Assembly: GCA_035221665.1 (NCBI GenBank)
Contig: CM069148.1
Location: forward strand, 44,206,001 to 44,270,000
Source of the DNA: Okamejei kenojei
Lineage: Eukaryota
Direction: 5' to 3'
Length of the DNA stretch: 64,000 nucleotides
The notes under the pieces were generated by a model, which was not told the origin of the DNA, searched no databases, and worked only from the letters and a program-made list of their open reading frames with translations. Below, piece after piece: positions 1 to 12,783 of the stretch; positions within the stretch are counted from its first letter, which is position 1, and every line of letters starts with the position of its first letter. The position numbers and the translations under genes are program-made.

Positions 1-19
1 CAGACTTCCAACTTCTTTT

Positions 20-264
20 CCAAGTTCCCCCCGCCACGGGTACCATGTAACCCCGTGCTACCTGCTCCATGGTCGGATAGTCGGCGACTAAACTGTCTCC
101 CCCACCCGGTGGTGTGGATCCCCAGCAGGACCAAAAACAAGACCTGTCAAGGGGCAGATGAGCCCCTAGCTAGCCAACGGCCACCCACACTTCAGTAGAA
201 GTTGCGATCATTGCCGTACATAGTAAGGCACCGTGCCCGTTGATGTTTTCAACGATGATGATGC
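20..264 (+). mobile_element. Short non-LTR-type repeat with (GAT)n tail, possibly RTE-related
   Basis: CpG-rich body ending in GATGATGATG; family assignment is inference. Confidence 0.4.
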
Positions 265-768
265 TTTCTATTTAACACACAGCTGGCCTCCTTTGGACCA
301 ACAATCCTTTTTTGTGCCAATTCTTGTGTGGTGAGGTCACTCTAAAATCTGACAAAAAAGACAAAGTTTGGAGTAACTCAGTGGGTCAGGCAGCATCCCT
401 GGAAAACATGGATAGGTGACTGATCATTCTGAAAAAGGGCTGCAGAGGATACACTGTACAAAATGTAACGCATTAGCGGTTCTTGATATTTTTTATCCAA
501 TCCAAGCTAACTGTGGCCTGGCTATTAATAAGACTGGGTTATCTTGGTGTGAAGGGGTGAATCTTTGGAACAAAACCTCAGAAGTTTATCACAACATGCT
601 TTGGAGTTCATTTCTGAACGATTCTAAGCAGTAACCAGTGTTCTGTGTCTCATTGGTTTTAAGGTCTCCATTTCACTTCATATGTGCCTAGTCCTCTTAT
701 GTGGTGGTGGTTAAAGTGAGTTCTAGTATCTCTGCAATGTTGAAAAGCTTCCATTTCTGCTCCCTTAG

Positions 769-934
769 ATCCAGAGATAGCACGGGATCTGCTTCAGTTA
801 GTGCAGTGCCTTAGGCTGGTGGGAGACTCCATCACCATGGAAATGGCTTCGTTAATGGAGACGGCAGTGAGCCACTTGCAGCCCCCAGAGAAAGCTGCGG
901 AGCAGATCATGGAGCACCTTTTGGCGAGAGACAC
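769..934 (+). CDS. NUP160: NUP160 exon (DPEIARDLLQLVQCLRLVGDS...PPEKAAEQIMEHLLARDT)
   Basis: tcccttag| acceptor, |gtgagt donor, 166 nt. Confidence 0.93.
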
Positions 935-2101
935 GTGAGTAAGACCAAGTGGCTGTGGTGTACAGGATTTAGTGATATCCTTCAGAGGGGAATTTGGTAA
1001 ATACTTGGAGGAGAAAAGATTGCAGGATGTGGGAGCAGGCAGGCAACTGGTGTGCGGTTAGGATAGCTCTTCAAAATGGCCATTTTCCTGATGTAATGTT
1101 ATCTGATCAGATGAATCTTGCTCTTTGATGATGAAAAGTTGCTGGTGACTGTGCCATTGTTGGTCGTAATGCTGGTTGCAATGTTTCCGACATGGTTAAA
1201 AGAATCTGGGGCTATGGTCATCTGCCTACGATTGTTTGGTTTCTGGTCTGCAATTCACAATGGTCTCCCCTCGCTACACAACTACCACCTCATACCCAAA
1301 CTGCACAGCCCCATGCAAGCCAAGGGCAGAACAAAGAGACATCTCCTGCTACACAGAGACATCTCCTGCCAAATGTAAAGCAGTGACTTGTGTCTGCAAG
1401 CACCACTGATCTCCTGAAAGCTAAGCTCACGTCTCCTGTCTTCAAGAGTTATCCTGACTATTGTAGCCTTTGAGGAACAGGATGAAGGTGACAACCAGTG
1501 AGATCGTTTCTTGGAGGGTGCAAACGACTGCATCTGCTGCAATCTGCAGCAAAAAAACAAACTTGGAGGAAATCAGCAGGTCAGAGAGCATCTATGGAGC
1601 AAAATAATTAAAATCTTTTAACTTTGTAATCATGGAGTGATTAGTTGAGCTTCATTGTGGGGATAAGCCATGTATGCTCTGGAGACGGGCTAGTTCTCCA
1701 TTAACATGCCTTTATTCAATATGATGACAAGATCAGCATTTATTGTCATTCTTCTACCTCCCCTCTGGCCCACTAGTATCCTTCTAACAATTATACAATA
1801 AAGGCAATGTCAAGATTCTTCATGGTGGTTGTGATGTTGCCTGTGGAATTGATCCTCCTTTTTATTGTATCAGAAGTGCTGTGGAAATGAGCTTGCAGTG
1901 GGCAGTGTACATTGCAGGAAGACCATGGACTGATGTGATGAGACAGGGCGTGGTGCTGTACACCTCACTGGCCGCTGCGAGGCTCGAGTGGTTGTTTGAT
2001 ACCTGGGCTCTGTGTGACAACTTTTCATTGAATGGTAGAATTGCTCTTTGAGACTAAAAGATGCGCTTAATTATTTTTTGTTTTTTTATATGTATATATA
2101 G

Positions 2102-2214
2102 TGAGACACACATGGAACTGCAAAGTAAACTACAGGATATCCGTAACCCAGGCAACATAATCCAGCTGTTGCTGCGGGAGATGGACTTGGAGGGCGACCT
2201 GGAGTCGAGCAATG
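2102..2214 (+). CDS. NUP160: NUP160 exon (ETHMELQSKLQDIRNPGNIIQLLLREMDLE...)
   Basis: T-rich tract + tag| acceptor, |gtaagg donor, 113 nt, phases fit neighbours. Confidence 0.93.
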
Positions 2215-2289
2215 GTAAGGTGAATGTAGTGGGGGAGCCATCCAAATCTGACCTGCCAAATGGCATTTGTACAACGAGCAGTACCTTTG

Positions 2290-2792
2290 TTATAGGAAGG
2301 AACTGCAGATGCTGGTTTAAACCAAAGATAGACACAAAATGCTGGAGTAACTCAGCGGGACAGGCGGCAACTCCGTATAGAAGGAATGGGTGACGTTTCG
2401 GGTCGAGATCCATCTTCAGACTGAATCGGGGCAGAGGGAGATACAGAGATAAGGAATGTAAGGTGTGAAAAACAATGTAAAGGGGATGGAAATCAAGGAA
2501 AATGTGGAATAGATCGTTGTTAGCTGGGAGAATGTAACAGCAAAGCAAACAGATAAAATGTAAACAAGGACAGTCAGACTAGTTGAAGAACTGGTAAGGG
2601 GGAAGGGATGAGAGAGAGGAAAGGCAAAGGTTACTTGAAGTTACCGCTGGTATTCTCCCACTAGTCTGAGTCCTTGTTTACATTTTATCTCTGTTGGCTT
2701 CGCTATTACAATAATCTAACCTAGCTAACAATCACTTCTACATTTTCCTTGATCTGCTGAGTTACTCCAGCATTTTGTGTCTATCTTCTATT
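2290..2792. mobile_element. Penelope-like element, inverted (head-to-head) 3' fragments
   Basis: GGAACTGCAGATGCTGG...GCTGGAGTAACTCAGC on one arm, its reverse complement on the other; flanking direct repeat AGCAGTA(C/G)CTTTG at 2277-2289 and 2793-2805. Confidence 0.8.
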
Positions 2793-3505
2793 AGCAGTAG
2801 CTTTGCTTTTGTCTGCACTCATGGGTCATATGTGCTTGAATGATTAAGGTGGCAGTCCATGACTGCTGCTAGAGTACAGTTGTGTCTTGTTCCTTTACAT
2901 GGAATTGGATGGTCTGCTTATATTTTAGTTGGTGTTTTAACCATATCTTAAACCACAAATGTTGTGGCAAAGACATTTGGTTGTGCTATCAGAGTACTCA
3001 TTGCCACTGAGTCTGCCAGGTGACATTTTGCCTACAAATCTTTAGCCCTAAAGTTATACCGGGGAGGGTAGGGCTGGTGTGATTTTCTCCAGCTTTTTGT
3101 GTACCCTGGGTACTTGTGGCTTTGGCCTTGCCTCGTGGTTCTGATGTCAACTGGGTCTTCCCCACTTTTCTTGAAGTGAGGTGATTGAGAGTCTGTCTTT
3201 CTCCTGTGACGGTGTTGTTTGTTTAAAGCACGGATTTGTGTTATGTTGTGGGCAATCACTGCTTTTTCCTATCCCCTGTGTACCATTTGACCGCCTTTGA
3301 ACTCTGCTCTGAATCAACTACTTTGGAGGTACATGAATTGTCCTATATTTGCACAGGTTTGATTTTTAATGGGGGGGGGGGGGGCTCTCTCTGCTCTCTT
3401 TTAGGGTCCCTTGATACTGCTAGATTGCATCAAACTGTGCTACCTGCTCTATGTACTATGTCTTAGAATGGAAACCTGCAGATGTGTTTTTTCTGTATTT
3501 TCCAG

Positions 3506-3666
3506 GCCCACCTCTGCACATCCGAATGAACATGGCCCAGTTTTATGGTAGCAATGTTGCCATTAATGTTGTGTGTCAGGCAGCGTACCACATATCCATG
3601 ACCCGTTTCCTCATCTGTCGTGACCTCCTAGTTCTGCAGCAGCTAATGCTGCATGTTGGAGATGGC
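3506..3666 (+). CDS. NUP160: NUP160 exon (PPLHIRMNMAQFYGSN...TRFLICRDLLVLQQL)
   Basis: ttccag| acceptor, |gtaagt donor, 161 nt. Confidence 0.95.
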
Positions 3667-4131
3667 GTAAGTGTTCCTTGATTGCACATCATGCAATGGG
3701 GTGGGTTGTAACTTGCGTTTGAGCTGCTGGAGTAGTAAGCGCCTTGTAATATATCTCAAGCCTCTCATAATGGCCGTGTGATCTAACTAAGAGATGGCTT
3801 TTTAAAAATTTTAAGATCTAAATATTTGAATTTACCATCTATTGCCATTGTACTTACAAAGTGACTGACTTAACAAGGCATTTGCTTGCTGTTTTCTGGG
3901 TGTGTACTTGGGTTTGTTGATTTTTTTTGTTATTTTCATTTATCTAACCGTAAAAGTTGGATTTAATTAATTATTTTCCAAGAAAGCACTGATCTCAGTG
4001 TCTGATTAGATTAGACCAATATTATTGCAGATAGTCCACTCTGGAAGACTGTATTTTAAGAGTTTGCGTTTGCATTTATCAAACCTGCACAAGGTATGAT
4101 TTATTAATTGGCCTTCCTGTGTGTTCTTCAG

Positions 4132-4268
4132 GTGAGTTTGGGAGCTGGTGGATATCTCTTGCAGCTTCAGCAGGAGCTCATTCCTCGCACATCACTCCTC
4201 GTGTGCACCTACTTTGTGATGAGATGGGCTTGTCAGTCTTTAGCATCGGCCGTGCCTGTTGATACGTT
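4132..4268 (+). CDS. NUP160: NUP160 exon (VSLGAGGYLLQLQQELIPRT...AVPVDTL)
   Basis: ttcttcag| acceptor, |gtaagt donor, 137 nt. Confidence 0.92.
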
Positions 4269-4915
4269 GTAAGTGAGCTGGAATCCGATGGGGGGAAAAA
4301 AATTGTTTTTTTTTAAACAAGGCCTAGTTCCTCCAGTGTCCACCACAGATTTAGCAAGTTTCGTTTTATATAACAACCAAGTAGTATAGGGCTTTATAAG
4401 TGAGAATATTTCCCATTGCAAAATTGATATCAGATCCTTCAGTGGGTCAAGTACTTTCTGAGACCTGAAGTGAAATCCAATCACATTTATGGCAAGAGAT
4501 TAGACTCTTTTCTTGCCTGTTCTCTTGTAAGATTCTTGTAATAAACTATTTCTCTATCTAACTCTAATTACCAGTGTGTCTTTATCTGCAACATGGCTGC
4601 CTTGAAAATAATCTGCCTCTTCTGAGGTTGCGGCTGTTTGTGTGAATGGAGCTGCTCTATCTAACTAGAGGGCCTGTGTTCAGTAAAATAAGTTGCATCT
4701 CCCCCATAAGACATATAACATCCATTAAATCTCCATTAAAAAACAACTGGATAAAATGTGTGTCGCTATTCCTTGTTTCTCTTGAAACATTCCCCACCAC
4801 TGTCACTGTACTGGTGTTATCTCAGAATCCGCAAGAAATTGAACAGCCAGTTGTAGTTTGTCTTTGGCAGTTATGGGGATTTTCTTACCTGGGCACAGTC
4901 TCGAGTTTGATAGTA

Positions 4916-6322
4916 CAGGTCCACCACGGAGTTTCCAGCGCCCTTGGTTCCAGAGTCTTTCTGGATTATTGTTTTGCTGGACCAATAAAGGCCATGGCCT
5001 CAGAGGAGACCAACAGTACTTGAACGGTCGTGCGAGGCCGTCGAGATACCGTCCCGCAAATTTGACCTCGGAAGTCGGCTACGGGAACGGATCTGCCGGC
5101 TTTAACTGGGCCGGAGTTAACAGCCATGGGGTGGGGTGGCAAATTCGAACTGCCAATCAGTGCAGAAGACCTGGGGTCAGGATCAGCTGCCTCACCCAGC
5201 CTTAGCTCCGCATTTTTTTTGGGGGGGGGGGAGCGCTTCTGGTTGGGGGGAGTGGTTTCAAGTGCACTCTCCTAGAAACATAGAAAATAGGTGCAGGAGT
5301 TGGCCATTCGGCCCTTCGAGCCTGCACCGCCATTCAATATGATCATGGCTGATCATCCAACTCGGTATCCCGTACCTGCCTTCTCTCCATACCCCCTGAT
5401 CCCTTTAGCCACAAGGGCCACATCTAACTCCCTCTTAAATAAAGCCAATGAACTGGCCTCAACTACCTTCTGTGGCAGAGAATTCCACAGATTCACCACT
5501 CTCTGTGTGAAAAATGTTTTTCTCATCTCTGTCCTAAAAGGTATCCCCCTTATCCTTAAACTGTGACCCCTTGTCCTGGACTTCCCCAACATCGGGAACA
5601 ATCTTCCTGCATCTAGCCTGTCCAACCCCTTAAGAATTTTGTACACATCTATAAGATTCCCCCTCAATCTTCTAAATTCTAGCGAGTACAAGCCGAGTCT
5701 ATCCAGTCTTTCCTCATATGAAAGTCCTGACATCCCAGGAATCAGTCTGGTGAACCTTCTCTGTACTCCCTCTATGGCAAGAATGTCTTTCCTCAGATTT
5801 GGAGACCAAAACTGTACGCAATACTCCAGGTGTCCAAGTCCCTGTACAACTGCCGTAGAACCTACCTGCCCCTATACTCAAATCCTTTTGCTATGAATGC
5901 TAACATACCATTCGCTTTCTCCACTGCCTGCTGCACCTACATGCCTACTTTCAATGACTGGTGTACCATGACACCCAGGTCTCATTGCATCTCCCCTTTT
6001 CCTAATCGGCCACCATTCAGATAATAGTCTACCTTCCTGTTTTTCCCACCAAAGTGGATAACCTCACATTTATCCACATTATACTGATCTGCCATGCATT
6101 TGCCCACTCGCCCAGCCTATCCAAGTCACCTTGCAGCCTCCTAGCATCCTCCTCGCAGCTAACACTGCCCCCCAGCTTCATGTCATCCGCAAACTTGGAG
6201 ATGTTGCATTCAATTCCCTCGTCCAAATCACGCATTCAATTCCCTCGTCCAAATCTCGTAATTTTATCTGGATTAAAGGAGGTGCCGGACTGAAATTTGC
6301 CAGAAAATTGTTGTAGGACCTG
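4916..6322. mobile_element. Tc1/mariner-type MITE (TA|CAGGTCC...GGACCTG|TA) split by a CR1 insertion
   Basis: Terminal inverted repeats with TA flanks; an uninterrupted inverted sister copy lies at 38901-39294. Confidence 0.7.
5273..6255 (-). mobile_element. CR1 LINE, 5'-truncated
   Basis: ORF2 C-terminus (ISKFADD, LSYEERLDRLGLYSLEFRRLRG, FFTQRVVNLWNSLP) and TTCTA-type tail. Confidence 0.93.
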
Positions 6323-6379
6323 TAGAGACAAGGTAAATAACGGTAGAAGGAACTAACAAGCATTTTTCTGTGGTTTCAG

Positions 6380-6450
6380 GGAATCAAACCTGCGACAATT
6401 GTCAGTGTTAGAGCTGTCAGACTCTAATGCCTTAACTTCGCAACGTGCAG
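6380..6450 (+). CDS. NUP160: NUP160 exon (ESNLRQLSVLELSDS...)
   Basis: tttcag| acceptor, |gtaggt donor, 71 nt. Confidence 0.92.
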
Positions 6451-8321
6451 GTAGGTAAATTTGCCAAATCTGTGACTCGTAGAGTTGGGATGGGGGTTGG
6501 TTTTCAGTAAGAAGGCGAAGAAGATGCCAGCCAATGTTGACACAGATATTTGAAAAGTTAAGGGATATAATGATTTTACCTTCACAGTCAGTGCTGCTCG
6601 TGTGCAGTACATATGGCTGGTAAAATCGTACATACTTGTTGCTTATAACAGTAAGCTAGTTAACCATTCAATAAAATTATGCATAATGACTGACATAATT
6701 CCACAGCGGATGATTTTCTTATGTCCCTTATATGATCAGATTGTTGTTGTTAGTAATGTGCACGATTGACTCCGCATTGATTCATTTTTGTCCAATTACC
6801 AGCTCATGCCTAACCCCTCCCTCCTTCATCGCAGCCTCAGATGTGAAAGCAAAGATAGTTTTCCTTTCTACTCTATTTCTCTATTTCTCCAGAAAACAAA
6901 TAATTGCTCTTATAATCTGGGGAATACAAGTCCAGCATATGATCTTTTATTGTAATGTAATAATTATAATAATACTGTAATGGCACTTGGAGTCCATGTA
7001 CCATTCTGACCACTTTCAGCTTTTTAAATAGTTCTGTTCTTATGCACTTCTTAGTATCCCATTGTGTGTTCCCTTGCCTTGTTTGCCCTTTCCTTGCACT
7101 TCTTGTGATCTGTCATTTTGTCATTTCTGTGCCTGACTAATGAATCTAGGTGTTTCTGTAAATACAGCACTCAGTAGTGAAACTGAAGCCTCCAAACTTC
7201 CAGGTTATTTTCTTTTTTTTTTAATGTAATATTCCCATTGTTCCCTATCCTGTATTTTAAGTAGTATAGATCATGGTGTATAGCCAAATTAATGAGATGA
7301 AACAAAAATAAATGAATCTGTTTTTACAAAGAAAGATATCAGATATGTCCCTGTGTTTTCTTGCCTTTATTTGACTTTTTTTCAAGCAGGATTTCATTAA
7401 ATCCTTAGGCTGATTTATACCAGAAAGTTTACATTAATTTTGCTATTAACTATCTCTATATAAGCTAAATTCTGATTATGCTTATGATTTGTATCATTTA
7501 TCACCCGATAAGATGGTTTTCAGATGCCCCAAGTTTTTGCAACAGAACATGAGTAGTAGTGTCCATTTGGTCATGTGTGAAATATGTGAGTTAAAAGCAG
7601 AGTAACCGTTTTTATATTTATTGTTTCTTTTTTATTACTATATTTTGTGTTAAAGCTTTCCATTGAAATAATAATGAATAGAACTTAAAATCATGAAATA
7701 ATTTATGAGAATCTATTCTATCAATGTCTCATTCTGCAGTCCCTCCCTTTTTTTTGCACGTTGCAATTTTAAAAAGCATTTGTTTTTTGTCACATTTTTG
7801 TTCAAATTAGCTCAAAAGGTAGGCCCATTTTTAATGCTGTGGTATTTCATTATGATTTAATAACTTTCAAATTTGGCACCCATGTCACAGGTTGGTACCC
7901 TTATTTACGGAAACACCCATATACATTTTCCTGTAGCCTAGAATTTCCTTGCTCAGTATTTACCACTTCTCATTATGTCGCTTTTTATCTAATTATCCAA
8001 TGTTTGTCATGCATTGCTTGAATTATGTTGTAGAAAAATATTCCCGTCTACTATTGGGTATAACACAACACAATTACACCTTGAGTCTCTGGGGTCTCCA
8101 GGGTGGTCCTGCTTTAAAGGATTAGTGCATACTGTGGGACCCAGAGCGTGATAATCTGGCTGTTTATACATTATCAGGTGTGGCTCTTGTAATGGCTGGC
8201 ATCAGTTTTGCTCCTCTTTCAATCACAGATTTTAATAAATGAGGTGCTATATCCTTGCATGTTGAAGATTTAATTTCAAATTCTTGTTCAGGTAACACTG
8301 ATGACTTGCCCTATTTTCTAG

Positions 8322-8481
8322 CCAGCAGCCTACGTACAGTGGTAGAGTTGTTCTACCAGCAGGTGGCCAGAAAACACATCATCTCCCGGCTGTTGTCCCA
8401 GGATAATAGTCCTTTAAATCACTCGTTAATCAACTGGGCGCAAATTGGCATTGTCATTGCAAACTACCTCCTCCAGTACTT
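8322..8481 (+). CDS. NUP160: NUP160 exon (SSLRTVVELFYQQVARKHIIS...NYLLQYL)
   Basis: ttttctag| acceptor; ends at the U12-type donor |GTATCCTTT; 160 nt. Confidence 0.93.
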
Positions 8482-8696
8482 GTATCCTTTACAATGGCGC
8501 CTAACAGCAGTATGTTTGTTTATTTTTTTTACGACTTGTGTGTTCTATATTGATAATATCTCGTCAGAGACAGATTTCGACCGAAAAATTATGCAAAGAA
8601 ACACTGATAGATTGAGACTGTTTATTAAAACAAATTGCAGGAATTAAAAAGATGAAATTCAGGATGAGTATTTGAAAACAAAATAGTGATGACATT

Positions 8697-8762
8697 GTAG
8701 GCACAGTGGCACAGCGGTGGAATCACCAGAGTCCTGCATTCAATACTGACCATGGGTGCTGC
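8697..8762 (+). mobile_element. tRNA-derived SINE head
   Basis: GGCACAGTGGCACAGCGGT A-box, similar to the full copy at 20169. Confidence 0.6.
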
Positions 8763-8764
8763 TT

Positions 8765-9345
8765 AAGAAAGAACTGCAGGTGCTGGTAAAATCGAAGGTA
8801 GACACAAATTGCTAGAGGAACTCAGCGGATGAGGCAGCATCTATGGAGAGAAGGAATTGGCAACATTTCGGGTCGAGACCCTTCTTCAGACTGATGTCAG
8901 GGGAGGGGGTAGGACAAAGAAAGAATGTAGGCGGAGACAGTGGGACTAGTGAGAGAACTGAGAAGGGGGAGGTGGAACAACGAGAGAGAGAGAGTAAGGG
9001 CTACCTGACGTTAGAGAAGTCAATGTTCATACTGCTGGGGTATAAACTACCCAAGTGAAATATGAGGTGCTGTTCCTCCAATTTGCGCTGGGCCTCACTG
9101 ACAGTGGAGGAGGCCCAGGACAGAAAGTCAGATTGGGAATGGGAGGGGGAGTTGAAGTGCTGGGCCACCGGGAGATCAGGGAGGTTAAGACGGACTGAGC
9201 GGAGGTGTTCAGTGAAACGATCACCGAGCCCGCACTTGGTCTCGTCGATGTGGAGAAGTTGACACCTGGAACAGCGGATGCAGTAGATGAGGTTGGAGGA
9301 AGTGCAAGTGAACCTTTGCCTCACCTGGAAAGACTGTTTGGGTCT
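8765..9345 (-). mobile_element. Penelope-like element 3' part with GIY-YIG endonuclease remnant
   Basis: FTCTSSNLIYCIRCSRCQLLHIDETK...RFTEH...VAQHFN...GSLYPSSMN, followed by the terminal repeat with a hammerhead-like core. Confidence 0.9.
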
Positions 9346-10448
9346 GTACAGAGTTTGTACATTTGTAGCAGATCTGACAACGTCTAGAGATCAATCCGAG
9401 CTGTATCAGGCTAATAACCTGTCACTGGAATCTTTGTACGTGTGATCTGTCAAATACGCTTTATACTTTAACCATGGGTGTTAAAAATCACATGTTTGAA
9501 AAGCTGGAAAGGGCTCACAATATTCTTTCCTCAACCGATGCCGCTGAAAAAGGATTAGGTTTCCAATTGGTCATTTGTTTTGTACTGAACTATTTTTAAC
9601 TGATTAATAGGGATGTACGATGTACCAGCAGTGACTACATTGGCACAGTAGTTTGTAGCCAGAAGCTTGGATGAATAATTCAGACATAAATTTAAATCCC
9701 AGCGCAAGCTATGAAATTTAATTATAAATATGGTTGTTAATTTTGAGGAAAAAAGGTCGAGAAATTATCACAAAATAGTAGCATTGGAATATTATTATTA
9801 CATGTGATGAAATACTGTGAAACGCTTTGCGTGCAATCCAATCAGATCAGATCATACGTGTGTATAATCCATGTGTGTGCATATACAAGTCAGCACACAC
9901 TTGGAAGAATGATTCAAAGTGGTACAGGATGCTCTCTAGGGTGGGAGCTTCAATACCCATCACTGCCTTGGACTTGACAGCACTGAAGTATGCTAGTAAT
10001 CTCGGCCTGAGGTGTGATTTCACCTGATTGAAAGGCTTTACAGGGATAGCGATTTTACTACTATTTGAGAAAGCGATTGATGTCCCTGACTTTCCTCATG
10101 AGGATTCCAAGCATTTTCATGACCTTTGTATATGGCTGTTCCAAACGCCATGTTCTTTGGCCATTTTCTGTTTGAGTGACGGGAGTTATGAACCAGTCTT
10201 TCCCTTCCCGTGATCACGTCTGAAACTGAAAAATATTATTGGCTGTGATTTATTGCATCCTGTGGTCAGTGGTAGTAAATCAACCTCTTAACACAGGCTT
10301 GCCTGTTACAGTTTTAAGTCTGTTTGCTCTCCTGCGTGCTAATCTGGAAGCTTCAAGGAGGCACATGTGATGGTTTCCAGCTGATAGTGAAATCATTGCA
10401 AAGGGAACTCACACGATCAAAGACTGAAACAGCTGCTGTGGCTGTGCA

Positions 10449-10730
10449 TTAGTTTAGTTTAGAGATACAGAGTAGAAACAAGCCAGTCGAGTTCATGCCG
10501 ATCACCCTGCCACTAGTTCTATCCTAGACAGTGCGGACAATTTACAGTAGCCAATTAACCTACACACCAGCACGTCTTTGGAATGTGGGAGGTAACCAGA
10601 GCACCCGAGAAAATCCACACGGTCACGGGGAGAATGTATAAACTCCGTACAGACAGCACCCGTAGTCAGGATTGAACCAGGGTCGGTGGCGCTGTGATGC
10701 AGCAACTCTACCGCTGAGCCTCTGTGCCAC
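10449..10730 (-). mobile_element. V-domain tRNA SINE (HE1-like)
   Basis: A/B boxes, V-domain-like core, TAAAC-type tail. Confidence 0.85.
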
Positions 10731-10849
10731 CATATAAAAAAAAGCCACATCTGGCCACATGTTCCCTGCTTCCATGTTGCTACGACACGTCTTTTGGTCT
10801 ACGACACATTAATCTTGCCCAACACCATTCTTCCTTAAATCTGATTCAG

Positions 10850-10919
10850 ATGGGCAAATAATACCAGCTTTCTGTTTCCGGAGTTTCTCATGGGGCACTG
10901 CCAATATGTACAGCTTCAG
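10850..10919 (+). CDS. NUP160: NUP160 exon (WANNTSFLFPEFLMGHCQYVQLQ)
   Basis: 70 nt; completes the split Leu codon; |gtaagt donor; matches NUP160 LMGNCQYVQLQ. Confidence 0.93.
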
Positions 10920-11763
10920 GTAAGTGATATATTTGTATACATTGTGTAGTTCTTGGTGCTGTGCCTCTTCGTGTAATGAAACTTGAAACCTCACCCTGAA
11001 GGCTTGATTTCACTATATTGACTTTGCTGCCATTTGGTGGGTGGGGAGGGGGAGTTGATTAATGTCCCTGATATTCCCCACTATATTCCCAAGTATCCCA
11101 ATGGCCTTTATATATGGTTGCTACAGTCACCATTCTCCAAGCATTTTGTGGGGCAGGACATCATTATGAACCATTCTGGTTCATATTCATTTGGTTCGCA
11201 GATCATTTGGTTCACACATCTGAACGAGGGTGGGAATTCAGGGCTAAGAGAGATTGCCTGCGAGACAGTAACATTTGTTCAAATGTGAGATTCAGGAGCC
11301 TGGTAAAATCAAAATCATTGGTGCTGGTATCATACTTAGAGCAATGTAAGATGATTGTCCTTGGATGCCTATAATCTAGACATCATAACTGTGTCCATGA
11401 TTCAACTGTTTTCAATTACGTCTTTCATCTCGCCTCCAAATAGAACACAAAAGGATCTTTACGCTGTCAAAGCTCTGAAGCTATACAAGATAGAAACGGT
11501 CCGTTTGACCCAACTCGTTCTTGTCAACCAAGCTGGTTAACTGAGTTAACTGCGATTGCCTATGCCTGGCCCATATCCTTCCAAACCTTTCCTATCCATG
11601 TACCTGTCCACGTATTTATTACATGTCGTAATTGTACTCTCCTCTACCACATCATATTGTTCCATGTGCGCACCAACCACTGTGAAAACGTTGTCGCTCA
11701 GGTCCCTTTTAAATATTACCCCTCTCACCCTGTGTTTGGTATTCCTTTGCATTTACAAAGTGC

Positions 11764-12080
11764 CTAATGGACAATACAGCTCACCCCCTCCATGACACGC
11801 AGGTCAACCGGAGGAGCACCTTCAGCAGCAGACTGGTTCCACCACGATGCAGCACGCCACAGGAGATGCTTTTTCCCTGTGGCGATCAAACTGTACGACT
11901 CCTCCCCTCCTGTCGTGGACTGACTCCCCTTCCCCCCCCCCCCTCCCAAATCTTTGCACATCCCCGATCCTGGACTTTCCACTGTCACTTTAATTTCATG
12001 TATCTTGTTGTGTTTTATGACTGTTGGCAGACCAATTTCCCTCCTGGGATAAATAAAGTTCTATTGTATATCGTATCGGA
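11764..12080 (+). mobile_element. Rex1/Babar-like LINE 3' end
   Basis: DNTAHPLH...SSRLVPPRC peptide, AATAAA and (TATCG)n-like tail. Confidence 0.6.
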
Positions 12081-12684
12081 TTACTGACTATAGGATGTGG
12101 ATTGCGGGAAACCTGGGTGTTAGTTTGGGGTGGAGGGGCTGGTGTTCAGCTTGCTACAGGGCACCAGATTGGTCTGGGAGAGTGAGGGCGTATTTTTTTT
12201 CTCTCTCTGCTTGAGTTCAGTGAGTTGCAAATGATATTTGCAATTACTTTCCTTGTCAAGTCTTCTTAACATCTTTCTTCTGACAGAAGCCTGCTATTAC
12301 GGAGTAACTTGTCTATGTTGAAGATGCTACCTGCGTGTAGCATCTTCAGAAAATATTTTTTCTTCTTCCACATCACCTTGTTTGAGTATGTGTGCTATAT
12401 TCAAAGAGATAGTCTTGTGGACAGAAATTATCTGCATTTCAATCAGAATTTTGATTCTCTGAGACTGAATTGAGTTAGCCTGTTATGTGCTGGGATTGTA
12501 CAATTCTAACCCCTCTCCTGCCAGCTATTGGAATAACAGAGGCGAATGTTGCCCTATAAGAACCGATCTATAATGGGATTATGTGAACTAAACTGAATTC
12601 TCACTGTTGATGTTGATATGCTTCATGTTGCTTTTTAATAAAACTGGCACCACTAATTATTTGCATGTTTACTTAATTTTTAAG

Positions 12685-12783
12685 GAATATGTGCGTCTGT
12701 TGCAACCTTGGTGTGAAGTAAATGTTGGCTCACGGCGCTTTGTGCTCGGGCAGTGTTACCTGGCCACAGGTGAAGGGTACAAG
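12685..12783 (+). CDS. NUP160: NUP160 exon (EYVRLLQPWCEVNVGSRRFVLGQCYLATGEGYK)
   Basis: ttttaag| acceptor, |gtaagg donor, 99 nt. Confidence 0.95.

Larger units (their letters stand above)
8482..10849 (+). other. NUP160: U12-type (minor spliceosome) GT-AG intron of NUP160
   Basis: 5' site GTATCCTTT; branch-point-like TTCCTTAAA at 10831-10839 just upstream of the AG (10848-10849); no polypyrimidine tract between branch site and AG. Confidence 0.92.

Noticed and set aside
20-110. HDV-like ribozyme at the head of the RTE-like repeat
   Set aside because: A convincing nested double pseudoknot could not be built by eye
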